Assembly: GCF_052425735.1 (NCBI RefSeq)
Contig: NC_135764.1
Coordinates: forward strand, 33,046,001 to 33,110,000
Source of the DNA: Oculina patagonica
Taxonomy: Eukaryota
DNA: 64,000 nucleotides
Reading direction: 5' to 3'
In this document: piece after piece, positions 1 through 12,008 of the stretch
How the letters are laid out: each line of letters starts with the position of its first letter
How positions within the stretch are numbered: the stretch's first letter is position 1
The notes under the pieces: model-generated
What the model saw: only the letters and a program-made list of their open reading frames with translations
What the model was told of the DNA's origin: nothing
The model's database searches: none
Translations under genes and position numbers: made by a program

Positions 1-1757
1 ACAAAAAATGTGTGGACGGAAGTTGTAGAACGGAAGTAATTTTATATGCTACCCCTGCCCCCGCCAAAAATAACTTCAGTGAAGCTCAGTTGCAAATGTG
101 AAAAGAAATGAAATCATTGTATAGTGTAATAAATAAATTAACATCAAATCACATTTCGGAACTTTTAAAAAGGGAAACGTGTATCACAAAGTCGAAATGT
201 TGACAACCTGGGGGTTTATTTTATCATGTGCTGACACACGTAATTAAGGTTCATTTTAACGTGCGCTGTTAAACGCAATGAAGTTCCGCCAGGCAGCCGG
301 AAGTAAATTTAATACGCTACCCCTCTCCTATTGTTGAGATTCTACATCTACATTTAATTTGGTCGGTAAAAATCTAGAGATATCACACCAAGATTTCTTC
401 ATGGAACTTATTTTTAACTTTTACTATGGAGTTACGCTTGCCATATGTAGCCTGCAGAACAGGCGGTTTATTTTTTGCAGGGTTATTGCGAGGTCGCGCA
501 AAGCGCGATCCCACGAGCGGGAAGCGCGAGGGAAAATAAAAACCCGCAAAATAAAAACTAGCACTTCACGCTTCGACCCGCAAAATAAACCGCCTGTTCT
601 GCAGGCTAGCCATATGACTCATTTAAATAAACTTTTATAAAGCTCACTGATAAAAACACGACATCCGAGCAGCACGTTTTTGTCTTCTGTCATGTCATCT
701 CATTTCCCGTTTTACACGACGTGTTCGTGTGCATCTTTCTCTCAAATTTCATTCGCTGCTCAATCCATGAACAATGATTGTCACTGCCCGGTAGATGCGT
801 GCTGACAGAAAGGTTATTCAAAACACAATTCAGTAATTTAAAACGGTAACAAATATTCATTTCATTTCTTTTCACATGTGTATCTGAGCTTCGTGGACGG
901 ATGTGAACTATTTAGACACTATCCAACCAGAAGAAAGCTTGTCAACACAATGTCCACACGTTTTAGCAGTAAAAACATGTTCTTCAAATATCAAAATTAT
1001 ATTTGTAAAGAAGACGAAAAGCTTTGCAGTTTAATTACACAATAGAAATACCAAACAACTGCGATCCTTCTAAGATCGATTAAAACGATGTATTGGTGAA
1101 AAATATTGTGAACAGTGTGAAAGCCCTTTCCGTGTTTAATTGTTATGTAAATATTCTAGCTTTTCTGTCTGTTGTTGTTGTTGACTTTGTACAATTTCCA
1201 TCAATAATAGCACTAAGAAGAGCAAACAAGACTGGATGTCTTCGGATGTCTCGTGTTTGCTGGCACGGAAGGGTAAAGGAATGTGTATGCATGCAAAAAA
1301 CTTGACTGTTTCGCAATTCTTCCCCACGTAATACTGATTCTTGACCTAGGATCTTCTCTTCTTATCATTTATATCTTTATTATGCTTATCGTACTGCAAT
1401 CCGGAAACGAAATACTTTTTCTTTTTTAAATAACTGCTTGTGGACTTTTAGTAGCAGGGAATGGGGCCATGTAAAATTACTTCCGGCTGCCTCAATGGAC
1501 TTGATCGCTTGTGTCAGCGCCTGTTAAAATACGTGAAAATACGTTTAGGGTCCCTAAGGTCTAAACAGCTCAGCAACTTGATTCACGTTGCACCATTTTT
1601 AGAAGTTTTGAAATTGTGATTTCATTTATTTTCACATGCGTATCTCATTTTGACTTTACAGGGGACTGTACTTGACTTAAGTGGACTGTACCAGTACATT
1701 TCCATTACCCACCACCACTCCCAAACCCTACCCACCCCACCCCCCCCCCCCCCCCCC
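1..1757 (+). mobile_element. Helentron/DINE-1-like non-autonomous element copy (5' end outside the window, similarity stops at the poly-C run)
   Basis: Blocks 1-300, 645-1470 and 1545-1757 are reverse complements of blocks within 10060-11330 and 11760-11930, the copy that has intact termini. Confidence 0.7.
448..608. mobile_element. hAT-type MITE
   Basis: TIR TAGCCTGCAGAACAGGCGGTTTATTTT; 8-bp TSD GCCATATG at 440-447 and 609-616. Confidence 0.85.
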
Positions 1758-2541
1758 GTAAGCTCAAGTTTTGGTCACCAGTGAAAAATTTTAGTCACCA
1801 ACTTAAGCTGATGCTTTCAATCATTCCTCTCAATTTTAGTCGCCAGGCTGGCGACCTTGGTTCAAATTTAGTCGCCAGCCCCAAAATTTTAGTTGCCATG
1901 GCGACTAAAATGGTCTTAACTTGGAGGGTTGATAAAATATAATTTTTAAAATGTCATTAGCTCACCCTTGCATTACATTTCAAACTGATAAATTATATAT
2001 CTCTTAAGATTCAGACAAATTTGTTCATTAACTGCAATGCCTGTACACTATATATTAAAGACTGTACACTATACACAAGTTTGCCACTTCAGCATAATTT
2101 GGAAATTCCATATCCTAGGAGTTATAATCTGTTGTATTTTTGTTCCTCTTCCATTGTGTCATTAGCTTGAAGTTTGTACACCCCTGAAAAACTTAAACTA
2201 CTGCACCCCTCTTAGGTGGAATCACAGCCGGTCCCAAGACCTTACTATGTCTACTGCATGCATAAGGCACTTAATGTCTGATTATTAGACACTTTGGTAA
2301 GGCTTTGCTCATGCCTTCGCAATCCCGACTAACTCACTTCTCAAACAAACTCTGTTTGAGTTTGAGTAATTGTTAGCCAGAATGAGTCAAAAGGACACTT
2401 TTTGAGAAGACCTTTTTTTTTTTTTTTTTTAACCAGCAAAAAATCATATGACAATATTATTTTCATGTCACCCACAATTCATGAAAATCTGTTGTCCTAT
2501 GTATTATTGATCACTGTTTAATTATTGACCAGTATTATTTA

Positions 2542-5500
2542 TTAATAATCAAACCGATGCTCTCTTGCGGCACTTTCCATATCAGGATTGATGATATCCA
2601 CATAGTCCAAATCCATGTCAAAGAACTCCTCTGAGTCATCGATATTAACTCCCACTTGTCCAATAGAATCAAATGGAATTATTTCATAATCCTCCAGTAC
2701 AAGGTCTATTTCATCTCTAGGTGTTCCATGCCAGCTGCGACTCAATGGATGTTCCTCGACTTGTGGTTCTGGATCTGTAGCTGAAGTACTGCCCATGCTT
2801 TCTAAACCATCCTCGCTACTACCAGGAATTGTAGGAAGGGTTAACAGACCACTAGGGTATGCCGTACAACTGATACTCCGGCATTTCTTCATGTCTTTGT
2901 ATGCTGCAGAAAAATTGACTGAGTCACTTTGGTTCTAATATTTAGTCAATAATTATCATTTTAAAACAAAAAAAAAAACGTTCACTGGCTAAAAATATTA
3001 AAAATAATGAGCTTTCGGCTGTCGCTCTACATTATGTCTCATCCTGGTTGTGCTTCAATCTTTAATTATCATTTAACCTTTGGTCCTGATGGGACTTTAA
3101 CCCTCACAAGTGGAAGGTATCAAAATTTCTCCTAGTTTACAAAATCAATGTGTATAATTATATTGTGGTTCAATTTTACCCTTGGTACAATCTAGTAGTT
3201 TCCTTTGTTTTATATTCATTATCATATTAAAATACCAGAACAAAGGGAAATACCAATTTGTACGAAGGGTAAAATTCAACCACATATCATCAATCACATA
3301 ATCAAAAACTACTGAACATAATTATTTGCATACTTGGAATATCCACATCTGATCTGTGACCACCACCAAAACCAAAGAAATCGTCACTGTGATAACTTGA
3401 CCAACCTTTACCGTAAGACTTGCTTGCAAGTGTCTGGGACCTTAAGTAAACAATAAAATTAACATTGAACTGTTAACATCATTAACCACGGTGCAACCAA
3501 GTGAACTTTTACAATTTCTGATCTTCAAGTATACAAGGAACAATATGACTGTTATTTTTTTCCTTAGTCAAAGGCCTTTTTAAAAATACCATAAAGTTCA
3601 AGTTATGACCTTCCTTGTTTTGTGACTTAGCAGCTTTTTTCTCTTGCTACTTTCATGGCTGTAGGCAGGATTTTGTATGGGTGAGTGCGAGCATTTGTTG
3701 CCTTTGGAGTAAGGATCATCTAATAACAGACCTGTGTGAAGGAAAAATTCGTCTTGAACATTAAACTTTTTTGGGTGCTTAGAATCATAAATTAAACTTA
3801 CTTTTCTGTAGGTGGATACTCAGCACTGAATGTCTTTGTCCTTGGTCTTCTTTGTACTTCGTCGTTCTTCAGTTTCTTGTCGTGTAATCTCAGGATAAGT
3901 GATCGTATCCCACCAGGGGTTCGTGTTTTTAGGTAATAATCCATTTGGTGTTTACTCAAACCCGTTTGTAGGAAGATAAGCATGGCTGGATTGTTGGCAA
4001 ACATATTAATGCTTGCAAGCCTGTAGAGTACAAATAAAACATTAACTAACTTAGATCCACTTTTATGTATTTTTTCAAAAAGAAATACTTTTTTTCAGCA
4101 CTGGCACCATCATGCTTGAAACAAAATATTTCGGAGTTCTCCCAACAAAAAAATATTTAATTTTAGAGGTCATTTAACTGAATTTTTTTTTTCATACTGA
4201 AAGTTCCAAATGTATGGACCCTTGTTAGTTAGGTGGGGGCAGGGGGACAGGGGGAATCTGAACTTCCCAATACCTGTACTTTAAACTCTGGTTCCCACCC
4301 CTTTGTAAGTGGTTCAGGACTGCCTATCAGTGCTATTTTTGTTGCAAAATATTTCGAAATGTTGCAGAACTTTTTCTCAATTTCTCCAGGTTCCCACAAC
4401 CATGGACATCCTGCTTTTTGCCCTCTCTTCTCTTGCCTCCTTTTTCCCTCCCTCCTCCTATTCTACTGGCCTTCCATCCGCCTGTCCCCTCCACTTGATA
4501 CTTTTAGAAGTTCACTACTCTCAGAGAACATAACATAGGATGGTTCATCTTGCATGCACAGAGCTAGCCAAATAAATATTATGGCTAGCTCTTATTAATA
4601 ATATCATAGTTTGCCAGGAAATTATTTTCATCCTTTAAAACAAACCTATTAATAAATCTCTCCAATCCCTGCTGGCGCTGCTGTAAAAAACTGTCCTTGA
4701 AGCGACCAATAAGCTGCTTCCTCGGCAGTCGTGGAGCATGACTATAAATAGGACAGGCAAATTGTTGAGCTTATTATTATTAATTCAAAGCTAAAAAGAT
4801 TTATACCAAAAAGTGATGGATAAGCTACAATTTTTTTACTCAAACTTTGGGTTAGTAATACAATACAATAGTTCATTTGCCCATGCCACACAGGGGAGCG
4901 ACAAGTCTCATTAAAATGTGTGCAAGTAAATAATATACCTGCCAACTCTCACGCCTGCAAGTTAAAAACTTCGATCTCACGCCAACTCACGCTTAGGAAC
5001 TAATTTCTCACGCCTAGTCGAAAAATGTGAGTTGTTACAACCACAAACGACACATTTTCCAAAAAAATGCAGTAAAATAAAACTCCTGGTAAAATGAGTA
5101 AATGGCGATACCTTCCCCGAAATGACAGAGTTTTGACAAAAAAAGCATTGGGAACGAGGCCGTGTTTAGCGAAACACGTCCATGTACTGGGATCGGGAGA
5201 TGTTTGGTATGTCGTCGGGATACTTCGGACGTCTTCGGAAAACTTCGGAAATTGTTGTATCGTCTTCGGAAATCCTAGCACTCTCAGGATGAAAATCTCA
5301 CGCCTTTGACCCAGAAAAAGTTGGCAGGTATAAAATAATATGGTAAATGAAGTTAAAAATGTTAAAAATCATCTTCTTCATGTACAAATAGGAAAATGAT
5401 CTAAACGTAATACTTTGCCTTTAAAATTATCAATGAGATGTGGAATCATGAGGAAACCTGTTCTAAAGCATTTTAGTCAGGGGTAATATCATGTAGAATC

Positions 5501-7008
5501 AGAGAGTTATAAATAATAAACAACAAACACTTACCCCATGACCATATCATCAATTCCTAGCTTGTTTCTGAGCCAAACAAATTCAGAATATCTTCTTCGT
5601 ACTCGAGAATGGAACAGTGGAAATGCTGGATGATTTGTCTGAAAATCAAATCAAATGAAACTGCTAACGATTTCTACACATGTATGCAGTTGTAATATAC
5701 CAGTATATAAAGAAAGTTAAACTGAGTTGGTGAGGTACATGTAGGTAAGTTCAAGTCTGCATTTGAACTTTGTGGCCCATCAGGCCAGAGCTTATTCCAG
5801 TATCAGTAGCATGAAGCGACTACGAGTATTACTACTCCCCCTGGATGGTATGCTAGTCCATCACAGGGTTACCTCCAGTATTAAATTTGCAAGTACCAAT
5901 TTATACACCTGGGTGGTGAGAGGCACTGTGAGAGTAAAGTGTCTTGCCCAAGGACTCAACACAAGGACCCCAGCCAGGGCTTGAACTCAGAGGTGCTCGA
6001 TCCGGAGTCCAGTGCTCTAACCATTAGGCCACTGTACCTCCCACAAATTGAGTTGGTGAAGGATCCAACAAAATAACTTCCATTGATAAGATGTGGTCAC
6101 ACCTCTAACACACCTCCACCCTTGAAACACTTACACATCTTCTCTTTCAGGGTTTTATTTTTCATGTTTGATTTTATTTGGACATAGATAAACTAAAATT
6201 GGTTGAAACGATGATTCCCTTACAAGTCGCTCTTACATTTCATTTAGAATATGGGAATTACAAAATATAACTCTTCAAATCAGCTCAAAACAAAGATCGA
6301 TCGATCAGAGTCGCCTGCGACATCACGTCAGTAGGTTCGATATAGTTTTAGTTTTGACGAAGTTGGCTCAAATTGATCAGTCTTTCTTCCTTACTTAGTT
6401 GTTTACCCAGCGCGATAAATAAACAGCAATTGTTTTCTTTATGAATCAGGAGGGAGTATTGTTTTCCAAAATATAAATGATCATTTCTCAATAGTGTGCG
6501 TTGTGACGAACATCATTAGCATAACAAGAGTTCCAGAAGACAGGAGAAGCTTTATAGTATCGACCAAATCCGGTAATTTTTGACCTAGATTGGTAATTCT
6601 CAAACGTTGAGGACTACTAAATACGCTAGAAATTTGAGTCCTTCGAGGTAAGAAACTCAACTGACCTTGAAAACTTGACCTTTTACAACAAAACATGTGT
6701 GTGATCTTACCTTCAACTCGATTTCATAGTCTGTGTATTGTGCCTTTTCGTTCTCGATGTGAGTCCGAGGATTTTTCACTTCAATTTCTAGATACTGCAA
6801 ACGAATAAGGACAACATGAGTGAAAATGAGAAGAGCCCACGGATCAGTAAACAAGACAAGAAGCTCAGACGCAGAGCTTAGTGTCACAAGAAAAAGCCAA
6901 AAAGTTTTCGATCGAACTCACTCCGTAAGCTGTTTCTCTCACTTGATCTCTAATCATAGTCCAGTCATATCGTGGCCTGAACAGCCTGTAACCTCGTCTT
7001 CTATACAT
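2542..7008 (-). CDS. Sorting nexin 10/11-like PX-domain protein, paralogue A
   Basis: Exons 7008-6943, 6794-6711, 5638-5535, 4741-4646, 4020-3802, 3440-3334, 2903-2542 join in phase. They give EVKNPRTH..YTDYEIELKTNHPAF..VRRRYSEFVWLRNKL..PRLPRKQLIGRFKDSFLQQRQQGLERFI..MLIFLQT (SNX10/11-type PX domain) plus an acidic disordered tail. Start codon is tentative. Confidence 0.88.
4934..5332. mobile_element. MITE in SNX-A intron
   Basis: 14-bp TIR TATACCTGCCAACT...AGTTGGCAGGTATA; AAATAA on both flanks (possible 6-bp TSD). Confidence 0.75.
5768..6044 (-). mobile_element. tRNA-derived SINE with CORE-like middle
   Basis: Minus-strand head GTGGCCTAATGGTTAGAGC...GAGTTCAAGCCC (A/B-box-like), then CCTTGGGCAAGACACTTT and CCACCCAGGTGTATAAAT. 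Related copies at about 27840-28090 (+), 51335-51500 (-), 58583-58846 (-), 61735-61860 (+). Confidence 0.8.
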
Positions 7009-7510
7009 ACGTGACACAGGAGCCTGAAAACAACAACAAACTGTATCAGCTCTCCAGTGAAATCCTAAACGATGTGATCTGAGAACAGCAATACAAGGAG
7101 CAGCTTAAAAATGATTGCGTACCAGCCATTTTGTACACCCGACCTACTCGACCCAGGCTTTCTCTGTCGGTTACGGAACTAACACAATCGGCGGGAAGGT
7201 TTCCTTTATAAACATAATTTCTTTCCAGAAGCCATAATCGGCTTCTGATCTTTCTTAAAGCAAAATAGGATACGATATAAGTGGTGCTGCTGATCATAAT
7301 AGCAACATTATTAGCAAAACAAGGAGGAAACTTAACTCAGTCAAGCATGTGTCACGCTACACGTGTCACACGTGCCATAAAGGTGACCGTATCCCAAACA
7401 CACTCCACAGGCAACTTTCAGACGTTATTTACCACCGAAGAAGGGTTATTGCCCGAAACGTCTGTTTTCTTTCTGTTTTCTTTTTTTCAATTTTGGCACT
7501 TTCATACCTA

Positions 7511-7920
7511 CAGTAAAAACCCGCGTATAAGAACAAGTGGATTAAGAACACCCAGGCCTGATTTTAGGAAATAAAGTACCATTTATATAAGAACACATTC
7601 AGCCTGAAAAATGAAAGTTGTTCTTATATGGAAAAATATCAAAAATCAACACTACTTTTCATTGCACACATAATAGTTTCACCCCAATTACAGTACAGTA
7701 TTGCCTTGATTTATCAATTTTATTAAAATTAAAATACAATTGTGTGCATATATATTGATTTCACCTATTGGTAGCCTAGTATGTTCCTTATTTTAAGAAA
7801 CTTTTTTTAAGAACACTTAAGAACACTTACAGGCTGATTTTGCAGATTATAACCCTTTATATAAGAACCAAATCAGCCTGAACCGCCAAAATAGGTGTTC
7901 TTATACGCGGGTTTTTACTG
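7511..7920. mobile_element. Tc1/mariner-type MITE
   Basis: TIR CAGTAAAAACCCGCGTATAAGAAC at both ends; TA TSD. Confidence 0.88.
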
Positions 7921-8509
7921 TATTTCATTACAATTTTATAGGTCCAATCCCTAGCCATCGAGAAACCCGGGCAAGGAATGATCATCATTGTGTCATTGCT
8001 TCTGTCTTTGCCTGGTATTTGGCTCCTGACCAATGTCAGTTATCAAACTTACTTGAAATAAAAAACGAGAAGTCCAAGGGCTACTGCAAAGCTGAACTAA
8101 TAAATAGAAGAACTGAATTTTTATGGTCGCTTCTTTGTTGAACTACTTGAGTGTGTTCTCTTAAATCCCTCTTAGGAAAAGGATTAGCCTGCGAATACAG
8201 CCGCCTCTCATTCGCGTCCCGCAACGAAGAGCGATCCACCGTAACTGCGTTACGTGTTTATTTCTTTTTAGGTAGGCAGGGGGTCCTCGCCGCCTTTGAT
8301 CTATTAAAATTGGTTCCTTCACACGTGTAAGAGATTATTTTGTCGTCATGATGACTTCATATGCGAATTCGAAAGGAAAGAGAAAATGACTGGGCGATGC
8401 TCCTGATCTCCTCTAAGAATTAAAACAAATTGGTATAAATTCATGTCATTTGCAGGCAACACGAGCAATCACGAAGCTACCTGGCAACCCTGAGGTTTTT
8501 CGTTTCTGT

Positions 8510-8606
8510 TGCCTTCCTTTTTCTTTCCTTTCCTTTCGTTTCCTTCCCTTCACTTCCCTTCCATTCTCTTCCTTGCCCTTCTCTTCCCTTTTCTTCTCTT
8601 CTCTTT
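8510..8606. repeat. Pyrimidine pentanucleotide-like microsatellite (TTTCC/CTTCC/TTCTC)n
   Basis: Directly visible degenerate 5-mer array. Confidence 0.75.
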
Positions 8607-9393
8607 TATTACAGGCTAGACAGTCTGAAGATCTGCTTGCCGTAAAACTTGAACATGTAGTTTCCTGAGATGGTGTTGTATAAAGGACCTCTGGGTTACT
8701 ACAAGGACTAACTTATACCAGCACAACAAAGCACAATAAACCGAAGAGCGTACAGAGATCTACAGACAATATGTCTACAAGCTGCTAGCAAAACTGTTTC
8801 ACTTACCGAGAAACAAACAGTTACGTAAGCACTGGAACTGAATAAGGCTGTCGAAGAGAGGTTTCAGTTCGATAAAATTCGCTGAGCAATATTTTAGCTT
8901 ATTTTAAAGTACGTGATGCAATCGTGTTTATGATCGTGTTATTACGTCTTCAACGACAAAGCAGAACTTTGGGTCTTGTTCCGGTACCGCTGTGCCAGAA
9001 AAATAATTCAAGGGTGTATCCTTTTTGAAGAAAGGAAGAGGATTGCTCTAGTATTTGCCCAAAGTAAACAATTTTCAGGGTAGATTGACCAAGCACTGTA
9101 GGATAACGAAAAAAACGATGCTCCCAGTTTCTTCGTGCTACAAAAACCGATGAGACAGCTCGCCCCTTGAGTATTAGGAATTGGACGAACTCTACCCGTA
9201 TACAGGAACTGGACGAGTTTCCCCAGAAAACAAGTGCTTATTACCAAGAAAACCTTCAAACGTACGAAGAAGTTTATTTGACAGGGGACTAGAAGGGAGA
9301 ACATAGTAACTCTACCATGTCAGAAAAACAAACTTCAATCGAGGTAAAAATTTCTTATTATTTTTTAAAAATGAAGTTACTTATTAATAATTT

Positions 9394-9493
9394 TGATTGA
9401 CTGACTGACTGAATGACTGATCGACTGACTAACTTACTGACTGATTGCTTGATCGATCGATCGATCGATCGATTGATTGATTGATTGATTGAT
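9394..9493. repeat. Compound tetranucleotide microsatellite (TGAC/TCGA/TGAT)n
   Basis: Directly visible 4-mer array. Confidence 0.9.
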
Positions 9494-10019
9494 AATACGT
9501 CTGCAAGACCGCCGACTTTTCTATGAGCGAATAGTGAAATAGAAACCCTACAGAGCAGCGCGCCCACGAGCGTGTTCTATCAGCAAATACAGCAATGGGA
9601 GAACCAATCAGATTCGCAGATTTCCAGTAGATCTAGAACACGCTGATTATCTGCTAGAAAGGCTTATTACGGTAATATAAAAGCAAAAATCAGTAGCTAG
9701 TGGCGATTAAATAGAATAATTAGCCAATTTAAGCCTCCTTTCACCTTAAAATTACTCGTTGCTAATTTTAAAACAATGAATTACAAAACGTGCCTGACTG
9801 CACGGGAAATAAATTGAATCTTAATAACCGGAACTGATTATGCAATACTATGCAAACATTCTTTGTCAGTTTGTTTAATTTCGTAGGAATTAATAAATTC
9901 TTTTTTTAATTTTAAATTGTAGAACTCCGACAAAAAAAGCAGCCTAGAAGATGGCCTGCTATTCATGTACAAGTGAAGGAGATGGCCCGCATCACTATTA
10001 AATTAAACTTAAAGTGAAT

Positions 10020-12008
10020 CAAAGGGCCCTTAGAGCCAGCTCATTCTTCTGCATTTTTTCGGGGGGGGGGGGGTGGTAGGGTTTGGGAGTGGTGGTGGGT
10101 AATGAAAATGTACTGGTACAGTCCACTTAAGTCAAGTACAGTCCCCTGTAAAGTCAAAATCAGATACGCATGTGAAAAGAAATGAAATCACAATTTCACA
10201 TCTTCTAAAAATGGTGCAACGTGAATCAAGTTGCCGAGCTGTTTAGACCTTAGGGTCCCATGGACATGGCCCCATTCCCCGCTACGTAAAAGTCCACAAG
10301 CAGTTATTTCAAAAAGAAATAGTATTTCGTTTCCGGATTGCGGAACGATAAGCATAATAAAAATATAATTGATAAGAGGAGAAGATCCTAGGTCGAGAAT
10401 CAGTATTACGCGGGGAGGAATTGCGAAACAGTCAAGTTTTTTACATGTATGCACATTCCTTTACCCTTCCGTGCCAGCAAACACAAGACATCCGAAGACA
10501 TCCAGTCTTGTTTGCTCTTCTTAGCGCTATTATTGATGGAAAATGTACAAAGTCAACAACAAAATAGACAGAAAAGCTAGAATATTTACATAACAATTAA
10601 ACACGGAAAGGGCTTTCACAATATTTTCACCAATACATCGCTTTTAATAATCGATCGTAGGGTCGCATCCGTTTGGTATTTCTATTTGTAATTAAACTTC
10701 ATAGCTTTTCGTCCTTCTGACAAATATATTTTCCATATTTGAAGACCATGTTTTTACTGCTAAAACGTGTGGACATTGTGGTTACGAGCTTTCTTCTGGT
10801 TGGATAGTGTGTAAATAGTTCACATCTTCCACGAAGCTCAGATACACATGTGAAAAGAAATGAAATGAATATTTGTTACCGTTTTAGATTACCTTTCTGT
10901 CAGCACGCATCTACCGGGCAGTGACAATCATTGTTCATGGATTGAGCAGCGAATGAGATTTGAGAGAAAGATGCGCATGAACACGTCGTGTAAAACGGAT
11001 GACGTGAGTCACGGGAAATGAGATGACGTGACAGGAGACAAAAACGTGCTGCTCGGATGCCTGGCGGGACTTCATTGCGTGTAACAGCGCACGTTAAAAT
11101 GAACCCCCAGGTTGTCAACATTTCGACTTTGTGATACACGTTTCCCTTTTTAAAAGTTCCGAAATTGTGATTTGATGTAAATTTATTTATTACTTTATAA
11201 AAGGATTTCATTTCTTTTCACATTTGTATCTGAGCTTCATTGAAGTTATTTATGACGTTACTTAGGGGGGAGGGGTAGCATGTAAAATTACTTCCGTTCT
11301 GCAACTTCCATCCACACATTTTTTTTCCACACATTTTTTGCCCTCGCGCTGGACGACTTCCGCTTCCGTCCACATCTGATCCACTATAATACTCATTCTT
11401 TGAGAAAGAGCTAAAAAAAAAGAGTTGACGTATCTTTATTTTTGGTTCATTGTGCATGCACAGAAATGCGTGCAGGGTCGCGTGCAGGTGAACATCAGCT
11501 GCGTCACGTCACGAGCCAAAACCAACTCTACTTCAAACGTACCAAATAAATTCCATTGAATATTTTTTTTAGATCGCTCTTTATACTTTCTCTTGGACGT
11601 AGACAGATCGGGGTCAGGGTCGAGGACATGTTGAGGGGTCTTAGAAAAAAAAAATGAAAATATACAATTGATAAATTTTTGTAATAACGACGCGTGCGGG
11701 TCGTGCATTACTACAATTAAAAGAGTTGACGTAGCTTTATCTTTGGTTCATTGTAGACAGTTCCGAAATTGTGATTTCATCTAAATTTATTTATTACCCT
11801 ATGCAAGGATTTAATTTCTTTTCACATTTGCATCTGCGCTTCATTGAAGTTATTTTTGACGTTACTAAGGGGGGAGGGGTAGCATGTAAAATTACTTCCG
11901 TTCTACAACTTCCGTCCACACAATTTTTGTACACGCACACGCGTGCAAAACAACTTCCGTCAACATCTGTATGACTCTAATACCTCATTCTTGAGAATGA
12001 GCTAAAAA
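10020..12008 (-). mobile_element. Helentron-associated (HINE/DINE-1-like) element with a second, internal 5' end at about 11420
   Basis: Minus-strand 5' end TTTTT-AGCTCATTCT-CA-AGAATGAG (subTIR plus adjacent inverted repeat). 3' end AGAATGAGCT followed by the short hairpin GGCTC-TAA-GGGCC and TTT. Internal CGGAAGT repeats. Second head TTTTTTTTAGCTCTTTCTCAAAGAATGAG at 11420-11392. Confidence 0.72.

Noticed and set aside
7431-7465. Active hammerhead ribozyme
   Set aside because: Core reads CCGAAGA instead of CTGANGA; it is a degenerate Penelope pLTR remnant (a similar relic lies at about 34346-34372 on the minus strand).
8700-9345. Possible plus-strand coding remnant
   Set aside because: Multiple stops and no recognisable motif; cannot be supported.
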